Shown: positions 30,102 to 39,929, counted from the stretch's first letter. The stretch is DNA of 64,000 bases from Candidatus Acidiferrales bacterium (GCA_049300435.1 JBAQJS010000145.1:13044-77043); one strand, 5' to 3'. Notes: generated from the sequence alone by a model not told the origin. Numbers and translations: made by a program.

Positions 30102-30546
30102 GTGTATAAATATGGCATGGAATACATTATGGAGTCAAGACCATATATCTGCGGACTGGCGGGTACGAGAGAGCGGTGTACGAGACCCCAGGAATCTTGC
30201 ACTTGACACTATGTACGTTATACACTACACTGGAAGCAAGCTTGGAGGCCCACATGCCTGTTCAATCCACAGAGAATCTGGCCTACCGCCGTCGAAGTAC
30301 GCTTTGGCTCTTCTATGGCGCTGCGGTAGTTTCTGCAATTGCGATCAGCGCAGTTGGCAAGGTTCCCTCTCTCCGGGTTCCTACGAGTTCGGGACGCTCT
30401 CCGCACCATTCGATGAGGAGGAACTACGAGCCGCGTGCTTTCCATGACAAGAAAAGCGGCCCAAAAAAGAAAGGTGGAACTATGTCGTCTAAGTCGCCGT
30501 TGCTCGACCGCATCGCGGTAGCATCACCTATCCGTCTGTTGATCTC

Positions 30547-33087
30547 TTGCGTGTGTTGGAAGCGACGCAACCAGCCACATCTCGTCCCGTCGTATTGCTC
30601 GGCGGGCGGGGACAGGGCAAATCCCATTTGATGGCCGCGCTGTGGCATACAGTGAATGACCCTGCTGCTGCGACCAAGTGGCTATCTGATTGGGCCACAC
30701 GGCTAAACCGCCCGGAACTGAACAATCTCAAGTTCCGCACAGATTTCTTCGTCATTGCTGAAAGCCTCCATCAGCAACGATTCAAGTTTTTGTGGGACAT
30801 TTTGTTTGATCGCCATCCGCAGGGCCAACTCGCCAAGGGCAAATGGCTTGCCGGAGGCGATGCCAAGACAAACGTTCCCAGCAGCGACCTTCTTCTTGAA
30901 ATGTTTAGGGCGAAACCAACCGTCCTGCTCCTCGACGAATTCCAAACGTGGTTCGATGGATTGAGCGATAACGGGAAAGCCAAAACGCAAACTTGGGCTT
31001 TTAATTTTATTCAACTTCTCTCAGAGATCGCCAATGATCATCCTGAGCTACTCGTGTTTGTTACTTCGATCCGCGACAATCAATCGCAAGCGTATCAGCA
31101 AATTCGTCGGATAAATCCGGTCCTCGTGGATTTTCAAGGCACACAGGCCAAGCAAGATCGCCAGCGTCTTCTTCTCTATCGTATCTTCGAGAATCGGCTC
31201 AACGTTCCAGACAGCCAAATCCGTACTCTTATTGCGACCCATGTCGCCGAATATGTTCGACTCGCGGAAGTTCCGCCGCCCCAACACGAAGCGAAGCGAA
31301 TAGAGTTTATGGAAGCGTGGCCTTACTCTCCAGCGCTAATGCGTTTGCTGGAAGACCAAGTGCTCGTCGCCACAGAAGCGCAAGAAACCCGCGATCTCAT
31401 CCGCATCCTCGTTGACCTGTTCAAGACTCGTGGCGAAAAATCACCAGTCCTCACCGCAGCGGACTTTGACATCAACAATGACAAAGGGAGCGTCACTTCG
31501 CTTCTGAGTTCAGTGGCCAATCAAATCCACCGGACACTGCTGGAAAAGGCGCGGCGCAATCTGGAAGCTGTTCGTACCGCTGTTCAGGATGCCGACAAGA
31601 ACATCCCGCACGCTGCTGACATCCTAAGCGCCCTCTGGCTTCGTTCCTTGAGCGTTGATCGGGTAAACGGTGCCGAGCCATCCGAGTTGCAGTCTGACAT
31701 CACTCGCATCGAGGCCATCGACGACAACACGTTTGCGGCTGAGATGGCGCTTATTCGTGAGAACAGCTTCAACATTCATCCGGTTGGAAATCGTCTCGTC
31801 TTCAAGGAAGAAGAAAACGCCGAGGGAAAGCTGCTCGCACACGCGAAAAATAACAAGCTCTTTGAAGCCAATCAGGACATAGACCAACTTGCGACGCAGG
31901 TCCGGTACGTGATCGGAGGTAGCGACGAAGTTTCGCGCAAGTTTCGCGTCGTGGTATTGCGAAGGAACTGGGAGAACGACCCGTGGGCGGAACTACCGGA
32001 AAGCGAGCGGCCTGACCGCTGGGACGCCCGGTTAACGCTTATTGTGTTGCCCGAACATCCCGAAAATGTGGGTGCGACCCTTGGCAAATGGCTCAAGCAG
32101 CATCTTCCCAAGCATCGCAACACGCTCCGGTTTCTTCTGCCGAAGAGAGCCTCGGGAGATATTTATTTCAACCGCGATTTGATCGTATACGCACGCGCCA
32201 TTTATCTGTCTAATATCTGGAAAGAAACCGACCCAGCGTTCCGCTCACTTCACACGACCTACCAGAACTCGCATCTTCGCCCAAGGCTTACGGACCTTTT
32301 CGACACTTTTGCGATTCTCGACATTTGGAATTTCGCTAAGCCAGAAGAATGTAGCTTTCTCGTTGAGCGGCACAACGCCACGGGCGACAGAATCCCAAAG
32401 GCGATTGACGACAAGATCGCAAACGAACTGTTCATCGCGGAGGACTTCGATGAAGCCGCTCTGAAGCAAGCCACCTCCAGTTCATCGCTGGCCAAGTTCA
32501 TTGGCGAACTACAAGAGCCAAGCATCGACAGCAAGCACTGTATCCCTTGGCTCGGGGAAATGGCTGTCAAGGAAAACACTTTGCGTCTTTGCGCTTCCGG
32601 AAAAATCGCCATGAACTATCGTGGTCTCGAACTCCTGCAAGCTCAAGCTGGTGAATCGGAAGACTCCGCGTGGCAACGCATCAAAGGGAAACTAGGGTCA
32701 GGCAAAGAACTTGAGCAAACTATCCTCATGTTGCCCGGTGCCTATCCCCAAAGTGGAGGAACTCTCCCTCTGCCTTTATCGCCGCCAGCGTCACAGCCGT
32801 TGGCCCCCCCATCACCTTGGGGGAGTGGTGCTCCCCCAAACTTATTTAGCGACCCGGCGAGCATCACACCGTCACCTACTCCAACGTTTAAACCGTTTGC
32901 GGCACCTCCGAAGACGCCGATGAACCTACTCGGCGAAGTAGAAAAGTGGGGTATAGGTGCCGCGACCAGCATCGCCAACGTAAACATCAACGTTTCTCAA
33001 ATGACCGGAGCACAACTGACCGATTTGCTGAAGAAACTCCCGGACGGCGTAACGTACTCGCTGAACTTGGAGAAAGAGTCGGAATGA
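30547..33087 (+). CDS. BrxC/PglY-like P-loop ATPase (DUF499-like), possibly N-terminally shortened
   Basis: PVVLLGGRGQGKSHLMAALWH Walker A and TVLLLDEFQTW Walker B in a large alpha-rich protein with a Pro-rich linker and small C-terminal domain. Stop overlaps (ATGA) the start of a PglZ-like gene. Start is TTG/GTG, and the frame is closed upstream by TAA 30490-30492. Confidence 0.65.
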   Translation: MRVLEATQPATSRPVVLLGGRGQGKSHLMAALWHTVNDPAAATKWLSDWATRLNRPELNNLKFRTDFFVIAESLHQQRFKFLWDILFDRHPQGQLAKGKWLAGGDAKTNVPSSDLLLEMFRAKPTVLLLDEFQTWFDGLSDNGKAKTQTWAFNFIQLLSEIANDHPELLVFVTSIRDNQSQAYQQIRRINPVLVDFQGTQAKQDRQRLLLYRIFENRLNVPDSQIRTLIATHVAEYVRLAEVPPPQHEAKRIEFMEAWPYSPALMRLLEDQVLVATEAQETRDLIRILVDLFKTRGEKSPVLTAADFDINNDKGSVTSLLSSVANQIHRTLLEKARRNLEAVRTAVQDADKNIPHAADILSALWLRSLSVDRVNGAEPSELQSDITRIEAIDDNTFAAEMALIRENSFNIHPVGNRLVFKEEENAEGKLLAHAKNNKLFEANQDIDQLATQVRYVIGGSDEVSRKFRVVVLRRNWENDPWAELPESERPDRWDARLTLIVLPEHPENVGATLGKWLKQHLPKHRNTLRFLLPKRASGDIYFNRDLIVYARAIYLSNIWKETDPAFRSLHTTYQNSHLRPRLTDLFDTFAILDIWNFAKPEECSFLVERHNATGDRIPKAIDDKIANELFIAEDFDEAALKQATSSSSLAKFIGELQEPSIDSKHCIPWLGEMAVKENTLRLCASGKIAMNYRGLELLQAQAGESEDSAWQRIKGKLGSGKELEQTILMLPGAYPQSGGTLPLPLSPPASQPLAPPSPWGSGAPPNLFSDPASITPSPTPTFKPFAAPPKTPMNLLGEVEKWGIGAATSIANVNINVSQMTGAQLTDLLKKLPDGVTYSLNLEKESE

Positions 33088-33665
33088 CGGTAGATCGCGA
33101 CCCGAAACTCGACTCAGTTCTCACAGCCCCGCCCAAGGAAGCGTGGCAAGCTCTCTTTGAGCAGCTTTGGAGAATCTTTTCCGCCCCGCTTGCTCCCGAA
33201 AACGCAGAACAAGAAATTGCCAAGCGGGAGCGAAGGGTCAGTGAAATTGAACTGCTACTCTCTGGCTCCGCGTGGGAACTTTGGCAGGATTTTGAAAACT
33301 CAGTTCCTCGCACGGCTCAATCCATCATCGACTTTTGGAATCGGACGACAGAAGGCAAGGCTGTTCTCATTTTGGACGCTCTTTCTCTGCGTGAATCACC
33401 GTGGCTGCTGCAAGAAGCCAAGCGTCGTGGGTATCACATTCATGATTCCGGTGTGCGCGGCTCAGAGCTACCGAGTGACACTACATCGTTCGCGAAGGCA
33501 CTTGGGTTCGGGCAACGGTCGGCAATCGAGAATAACGGTGCGGGTTCAGCGCACCGTCTTTCCGGCGCACGTACGGAAAGTTTGGATTCTGCTTGGGACT
33601 ATTGTGTGGGGTGGATCGCCTCCGGTCCCGGTATCGTGCTTTGGCACCACTGGCCTGACGACCGT
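33084..33665 (+). pseudogene. PglZ-domain (alkaline-phosphatase superfamily) gene, 5' fragment of about 190 codons
   Basis: GKAVLILDALSLRESPWLLQEAKRRGYHI...SELPSDTTSFAKALGFG resembles the start of the PglZ domain. The frame then runs without a stop into Kelch-repeat sequence, so the rest of PglZ is missing. Confidence 0.55.
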
Positions 33666-33722
33666 ACGGCAACAGCCAACGTGACGAACGTGGCCGTTGC
33701 TTGTGGCGCCACTACTGGTCCC

Positions 33723-33881
33723 AACGAATGGACTTGGGTGAATGGTGCTAATTACACCGACGAACCGGGAACGTACGGGACTCAAGGTACGGCCGCCGCG
33801 AGCAACATCCCTGGGGCGCGCTCGGGTTCTACTTCAAGGACCGACGCGGCGGGAAATCTCTGGCTTTTTGGTGGGTATGGT
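33723..33881 (+). pseudogene. Kelch-repeat gene fragment (one repeat unit)
   Basis: NEWTWVNGANYTDEPGTYGTQGTAAASNIPGARSGSTSRTDAAGNLWLFGGYG, clearly homologous at nucleotide level to the repeats at 27484-28161. Confidence 0.6.
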
Positions 33882-33894
33882 AACAGTACAGGGC

Positions 33895-34095
33895 TTATCG
33901 GATACCGCTCGCGTCGCCTCGGTCAATGGCGGCTCGCAGAGCTGCAAGTTTTGCTTCATCCTGCTCTTCCTCGCGCTCCAAAATCCGCAACCCGGTGCGA
34001 ACAACCGCACTGGCGTCTCTGCAACGCCCGGTCTTAACCCTCCGGGTCACAAAGCGGTCAAGCTCGTCGGTTATCCTGATTTTGCGGGTCGGCAC
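33895..34095 (-). pseudogene. ParD (CC2985-family, RHH) antitoxin, truncated at C-terminus
   Basis: ITDELDRFVTRRVKTGRCRDASAVVRTGLRILEREEEQDEAKLAALRAAIDRGDASG matches the ParD antidote pattern. It ends at the junction with the Kelch fragment, and no parE lies downstream. Confidence 0.5.
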
Positions 34096-34188
34096 CGGGT
34101 TCCTTATCGATGGATTCCGAGCGAATCACAACACGGCGAAATTTCCAAGAGACGAGATCAATCCTGACCACGGTCTCCAGCCGCTCCG

Positions 34189-35268
34189 CTAGAGCATTCG
34201 GTCAAGCCGCTGTTCCAAGGCCTTGCATTCGACCTCAGCGAGGCCAGCCATTTTGTAGAGAAGTAGATCGATCAGGTCCTGGTAGGGTTGAGCCTCAGAT
34301 GCAAGCTGCGATCGTTGGTGACGAGTTACTTCTCGGGATGACTCGATGCCGCAGATGCTGCGAGCAGCGCCGATAAGTATGTCGGCAATTGCAACGCCAA
34401 AAGGTGGCGCGGCCAGCGCCGGTGCCAAGATGTGAGGAATCTCGGAAAATCGGTGTTGCCGGAGCGCAGAAAGGGAATCCTTGGCGATTGCGCCGTGTGA
34501 CCCGGAACGGTCGGGGGAGAATCGTGGGCACGGCAGAATGTCGAACTGGTACTCGTTCACTTTGGAATTTGTGCTGCCAAGCCGAAAATACCAATCCAGA
34601 AGTTTGCTGTTGAGCAAGGCTAACAAGAGAAAAAGCGGGATGCGAGTTTCGTTTTCAGGGACGTAGCTGACTGTGTCGAAGCAATACTGGCCCTTCGGTA
34701 TTGGACACGCAATGATGCGCCGAAAATTATTCTGAGGGGAACTACGCTGGAAGCCGATGCGCTCATAGCGGTGAGCATAGGCCTTCGAGTCATCGCCTTT
34801 GCCGTCCAGGAAGTGCCGCTCTGACAGGTACAAGTCCTCTCCTTGGGAGGCGTCGCGGAGCGCGTATAGACTGACGCTCGCACCACGTAGCACGAGAGGA
34901 CCGGGGGGCCGTTCCGAGAGAGAACCTCGTGGTCTTTCATTTGTCTCATTAACCTCGCCTTGGTACTGCGTACACTGGGAGGCCAGACGTTCCATTCGAC
35001 CGGATTGCATAATGCGAACAGCCAAATCCCAGTCGTCTTGAGAACAACTGGTGATGGTCATGTTCTCAGGGTCATACAACGGAATGTCCGCTGTAGTCAG
35101 GCGGAGTTTCGGCGCGTTCGTTTCAATCTTATTTTCTGAATGGGTGCGGAGTATGAATGGCGCTGCCTTCGCTTGCGGCGCTTGGGTTTTATGTACAATG
35201 ACAATCGCAGTCGATATTGCCGACGACGATGTCTTTATACGTCTTTGCAGAGCCCTCAGGCTCCCCAC
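34189..35268 (-). pseudogene. C-terminal (TaqI-like target-recognition) part of a PglX/Eco57I-type N6-adenine methyltransferase, catalytic domain missing
   Basis: NNFRRIIACPIPKGQYCFDTVSYV...LFLLLALLNSKLLDWYFRLGSTNSKVNEYQFDILPCP fits the TaqI_C specificity-domain pattern. There is no SAM-binding or NPPY/F motif in the ORF. Confidence 0.55.
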
Positions 35269-35283
35269 GGTGTCGCGCTAGCC

Positions 35284-35421
35284 ATGTCTGCGCTGCGTTT
35301 TTCGCGTCGCGCCGAGGCCGACTTGAGGCGTATCTGCGGGCGCGATATATACCTCCTGTTGCTGCTCGAGCGCCAGAGCATGCGCTTCACCTTTTTAGTA
35401 CGCACTGAATCCGGTGAGTAG
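35284..35421 (+). pseudogene. Possible ParE-toxin N-terminal remnant
   Basis: MSALRFSRRAEADLRRI resembles the conserved ParE N-terminus (A-x-x-D-L-x-x-I). The remainder is unlike ParE and stops after 45 codons. Confidence 0.25.
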
Positions 35422-35680
35422 TACAGCCCCCGTAGCTGTCATGGCTGAGTTGGCGGGGATTTTACCAGACGGTTCCGAATCCCGGCAAAATCACGATGAA
35501 ACTGAATGGTTATCGTCACGAATTGTTGGGGCGTCTATGTGTGTGAGACTGAGAGGCTCATGCGTTTTGTCCTGAGGAATTAATAGTGTCGATGGCCACA
35601 TAATCTAGAATCCTGATAACTACCAGTCAGGGTTTCGCTTTCTATTCTGCCTTGTGCTATGACGTATTGGGAGGCGGTAC

Positions 35681-36565
35681 GTGGCTTTAGAGGACACTCT
35701 CAAATCTTGGGCGAAGGCTCCGGGTTAGACGGAGTTGGATAAATGTGACAACGCCGTCACTGCCGTCCGCAAGGCACTCGCTGCAAGCTCAGCCTTATCG
35801 AAGCTCATCATCAAAGTGTTTGCGCAGGGATCGTATTGCAACCGCACCAACGTCCGGGAGGATAGCGACGTGGATGTTTGCGTGCGTTGCAGCGACAGCT
35901 TCTTCTATTACCTTCCGCCTGAGCTCAGTCCTCAAGTGGCTGGTTTTGTTGTGCCGGGACCAGTGAACTATGCGACCTACAAGAACGATCTCGGTGCAGC
36001 GTTGACCGCCTACTTTAAAGATGGGCATGTGACTCGGGGCAACAAGGCGTTCGACATCAAAGAGAACACGTATCGAATCGCCGCCGACGTTGTGCCATGC
36101 TTCGAATTCCGTCGCTACGCGATGGACGGATCACATATCAAGGGCACGGCGTTCGATCCTGATAACGGCGGTCGCATCCAGAATTGGCCCGATCAGCACT
36201 ACGCAAACGGTGTAAGCAAGAACACGGACACTGGCGGGCGATTCAAAGACGTTGTTCGTATATTCAAGCGGCTGCGCTACAAGATGTGCGAAGAAAAGAT
36301 CGCTGCTGCTGATCCCATCCCGTCGTTCTTGGTCGAATGCTTGGTGTGGAACGCTCCCAACAGTGCATTCGGGCATGAAACGTACACGACCGACGTTCGT
36401 GAGGTGCTGGCGAACCTGTTCAACGACACGATCAAGTTCGAGACGTGCAGCGAGTGGGGCGAGATTAACGAGTTGAAGTATCTGTTTCGCACCGGACAAC
36501 CTTGGACTTTGACGCAAGCGCACGCTTTTATCTCAGCGGCTTGGGACTATTGGGGTTTCGATTAA
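35681..36565 (+). CDS. CD-NTase (cGAS/DncV-like nucleotidyltransferase, SMODS type) with in-frame TAG at codon 16
   Basis: QGSYCNRTNVREDSDVDVCV (GS...DxD) and third acidic site IAADVVPCF. GTG 35681 is preceded by GGGAGG (35668-35673), giving MALEDTLKSWAKAPG-TAG(35726-35728)-TELDKCDNAV. The alternative restart is TTG 35735. Confidence 0.8.
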
Positions 36566-37191
36566 TGGAGAGCGTCAAGAAGGAAGCTCTGATCTATTTC
36601 ATGTTGGGCGTGATACTCGCCATTTGGGTCGGCGTGTTGCACTTCACCGAGACACCTCTGGCGATCAATTGGGAAGCGATCACGAAGCTGCCCGATGTCG
36701 TGACGATCTTCGTAGTTCTCTCCGTGATCTTCACCAAATGGCTGTGGCGGTTGCCGGTTTTCCGAGGCTGGCTCGTGACCGTGCCGTACATCCAAGGAAC
36801 GTGGCACGGGGATTTGCAGAGCACGTGGGTTAATCCGAAGACGGGCGCGGAGATTCCTCCGCTGAAAATGATCTTGGTTGTGCGTCAGACGTTCAGCACG
36901 ATGAGTTGCACATTATTTACGAAGGAATCGGAGAGTTTCAGTCGTGCTGCGCAGATCGCATTCGAGAAGGAAACGGGTCTCGTCACGGTCAGCTACAACT
37001 ACACCAATCGCTCGAAGGCTGACATCCGGCATCGCAGCCCAATCCACGATGGCGCTGCTCACCTGCGGGTCGTCAGAGTGCCAACACGCATGCTCGAAGG
37101 CGAATACTGGACTGGTCGATGCACCACGGGCAAGATTAAGCTGCTGTACCGCACGAAGGATTTGCTCGAAGCTTTTCCCGAGGACCTATGA
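36565..37191 (+). CDS. CBASS effector, two N-terminal TM helices plus beta-strand-rich domain (S-2TMBeta / Cap15-like)
   Basis: TM1 ALIYFMLGVILAIWVGVLHF and TM2 VVTIFVVLSVIFTKWLW, then GTWHGDLQS...LVVRQTFSTMSCTLFT...VSYNYTN...HDGAAHLRV...LEGEYWTGR...GKIKLLY. ATG overlaps the cyclase stop (TAATG). Confidence 0.7.
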   Translation: MESVKKEALIYFMLGVILAIWVGVLHFTETPLAINWEAITKLPDVVTIFVVLSVIFTKWLWRLPVFRGWLVTVPYIQGTWHGDLQSTWVNPKTGAEIPPLKMILVVRQTFSTMSCTLFTKESESFSRAAQIAFEKETGLVTVSYNYTNRSKADIRHRSPIHDGAAHLRVVRVPTRMLEGEYWTGRCTTGKIKLLYRTKDLLEAFPEDL

Positions 37192-37385
37192 CGATTCAAA
37201 CCAATCCCGAAATGTTCACTCGGTCACTGCCAATCCATAAGGTTACAGACATCGACCGAATCGCTGATATCGTAACGTTGAGCGGTTCGGACGGAAGTTC
37301 CTACGAAGTTCCTCTGAATCTTTGGGGACCGTGGGAAGAAGCTCAGCCTTTGGTCGGTAGCGAAGTCCAACTACTCGGCCGCTGA
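37188..37385 (+). CDS. Hypothetical 65-aa protein translationally coupled to the CBASS effector gene
   Basis: ATGA overlap (37188-37191) with the effector stop. Reads MTIQTNPEMFTRSLPIHKVTDIDRIADIVTLSGSDGSSYEVPLNLWGPWEEAQPLVGSEVQLLGR. No recognisable family. Confidence 0.45.
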   Translation: MTIQTNPEMFTRSLPIHKVTDIDRIADIVTLSGSDGSSYEVPLNLWGPWEEAQPLVGSEVQLLGR

Positions 37386-38318
37386 GGATGCGTATCGTTC
37401 ACTACATCCCTTGGCTTTACTACAGCGGATGCGAAAGGTCCGTCTCGAATCTATGCATGTGCAACGAAGAGACGGTGAGTTCTCTCTTCATCAAAGACGC
37501 GGGACCATTTACTCGACAATTTCAGGTCACGTCTGGGCCGATCATCCGCTAAATCGGTTCAAGACTTGGGAACAACTTGGGAACAAATGCTGCCAAACAC
37601 CGTAAAGAGCCGTAATGCATGACATAGGAAAATGCTAGACGAACCAACTACTTAACGTTCCTGCTCTTGCCTTGGGCGCAGGAGCGCCACGGTTCCTAAG
37701 TAAGAGAATCCACTTGTTTGAACGCGATTTTTTCGGTGCGATTCTCTGGGAATCGAATCGCTTCGGAGCCGCCCGCCATCCAGAGTCGATGCCAAGCGCG
37801 GAGATCACTTCCTGCAAGCGGACTTCTGGCCCGCGATATCTTCCGCGTTGCCTGTGGTCCGAGAACGGATGCCCAGCCCCGGGATCACTTCTGACAAGCC
37901 GACTTGAGAGGACGGATCGGTCGGATCGCTGCGAACGCATGCCATTGGTGCGCGCCAGCAAAGCTCCAGATGATTCAGGCGCGGGACATTCGCCGCTTTC
38001 GATAGCTCAGGCTGGTGCGGTCAGGACTTGGATGGCTCACTTTCGAGACTGGGCCGCTCTGGCACATGCGCCGGTCAGCCTCCTCCCGGGGAAGGCAGGG
38101 TACTTTCCGCTTGCTCCCAGGAGGCTTCATCTCTTTAAATTAAACATGCTGCTAGCCTCCCTTTGGGCACGTTATTAGTTTCAAGCCGCCCGATCACGAT
38201 CAAGTATCGCGGTTTCACGTATCTTACGGCCGCTGGTGTGCTGGTCTTTCGATTAGATATTTTGCTAGAGTCTGAGTCAGACACTACATGATTTTCGACG
38301 AGCGCTTGGAGGTTTGAT

Positions 38319-38756
38319 ATGGCGAAGGCCCCACTGATCTTTACGTATTACATCGCCGCCCCCGTGGAAAAGGTCTGGGACGGGTTCGTTTCGAAGGAGG
38401 CGAATCAGAAGATCTTCATGGGCGCAGACTTTGAGTTGGACCTGAAGCCTGGCGGAGCGATGACGTGGTCGGGGCCGAGTAAAGATGGGAAGCGGATGCG
38501 GTATGTGACGGGTGAGGTGCTGCGGGCGGAGCCGCCAAAGGTGTTTGAGTACAAGTTCGGCATGGGCGATGGGGCTGTGATGTCGAGAGTGAGGGTGGAG
38601 CTGACTCCGGAGTCGGAAGCAGTGAAGGTTGTGGTAACGAATGATGACTGGGCGGAGGACGATCCGGCGTATGCTCAGAACGCAGATGGGTGGCCGCGAA
38701 TTCTCTCGCGATTGAAGACTCTGCTTGAGACGGGGAAGACCTTCCGACCGCATTAG
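38319..38756 (+). CDS. SRPBCC-superfamily protein (AHSA1/START-like)
   Basis: PVEKVWDGFVSKEANQKIFMG...YVTGEVLRAEPPKVFEYKF...VELTPESEAVKVVVTND...GWPRILSRLKTLLETG is typical of the Activator-of-Hsp90-ATPase-homolog-1-like family. GGAGG precedes the ATG. Confidence 0.75.
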   Translation: MAKAPLIFTYYIAAPVEKVWDGFVSKEANQKIFMGADFELDLKPGGAMTWSGPSKDGKRMRYVTGEVLRAEPPKVFEYKFGMGDGAVMSRVRVELTPESEAVKVVVTNDDWAEDDPAYAQNADGWPRILSRLKTLLETGKTFRPH

Positions 38757-39558
38757 GCTAGTTTCATATTGAGAATGAGCTGACCTTCAATCCATTGCCT
38801 TGGACGCGCCGCGAAGAGCAAGATTCAAGTCGGAAGGATCCCAACCTCGCCTGCAATAACCGTATCAGCATATCGCTAGGGATCGAGCGCGGTTCTGGCA
38901 GAGCCACGAACAGCTCTTAGACAATCGTACGACGAGGAACGAATAGGACCGCTATGTGCGTCATGCTTAGAAAGATCAGTCCTGACAAACGCGCTTGTGT
39001 CCTAGAACGGTGTAGCTCCCGGATTGTGGGGGCTACGGAAGATATCCGGAAACGGGGTTGTGGGAAATTGTCAGCGCAAAATCTGGTGTCAGTTTTGGTG
39101 TCAGTTCGATTGACCAGATGAGGCACGCTCTGACGCACGCGGGCATCCGCCGAGCTAGGATGTAATTGAAATGGGATGGCTTGACGGGTCTCGGCGCGCC
39201 GAGGCAAGTCGTGACGCTGGCGGAAAAATGGCTTAAAAGGCCCCTGCTTTGGGTTAAGTATCAGATTCCGATGCCTTCTCAGCCGCCCGCGATACCCAAT
39301 TGCCAGACGATAATCTAATTTCCCAGAAGCGGACTTCTGGGGAATCAGGGAGGACTCACGTTTCCGTTTATCAGGCGGAACCCGAAATTGTTCCGGCGAA
39401 ATCTAGGCGCAGACTCTGCGGGTCAAGGCGATGACGATCTCCTTGATACGCGTTTGCGGGGCACGACAAGATGAAATTCCGGATGTGAGACGCCAGCGCG
39501 TTGGCAAAAGCCCGAATGGGGCATACGCCATCGACGTGTGATATACAATGTCGGTAAT

Positions 39559-39816
39559 ATGCCTTTTGAACGAACCCCAACGAAGATCAAGGAATTACTT
39601 TCCAGGGTCTACGACAACCCCGAAATTAGCGATGACTTGGAGCGCACTGGGACACGCCGCGACGTTCTAGGATCTGCGCTGGAGGCCCGCACCGAAAATA
39701 TTTGGCGCTCGGCTACGGAGCAGATCAACGCCTTTAATGGGCTGGAGCATAGCGAGGACTCCGCTGCGGAAAAACTCAAGAGGACTGTTCCCCGACGTCC
39801 CCGCTACTTCGTCTAG
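39559..39816 (+). CDS. Hypothetical small protein
   Basis: MPFERTPTKIKELLSRVYDNPEISDDLERTGTRRDVLGSALE... has balanced composition but no recognisable motif. Confidence 0.3.
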   Translation: MPFERTPTKIKELLSRVYDNPEISDDLERTGTRRDVLGSALEARTENIWRSATEQINAFNGLEHSEDSAAEKLKRTVPRRPRYFV

Positions 39817-39929
39817 TTACTGAAGTAGTTGGTCTTTTTGAAGAGCGGCCCCTAAGACAAGTCAAACCTCGCAATCACGGTTTGGTTTGGATGCTCGAGG
39901 ATCTCATAGCCTCGCAATGGCCCGAGCAG

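Noticed and set aside
30176-30631. ORF upstream of, and overlapping, the BrxC-like gene, considered as a frameshifted N-terminus of the ATPase.
   Set aside because: Its translation shows no resemblance to what I recall of DUF499 N-terminal regions. The ATPase frame is closed by TAA 30490-30492, and I cannot demonstrate a frameshift.
37635-38178. ORFs 37635..37961 (minus) and 37672..38178 (plus) inside the island.
   Set aside because: They overlap each other on opposite strands and have Arg/Ser/Pro-biased sequences with no RBS or motif. Treated as non-coding or decayed DNA.
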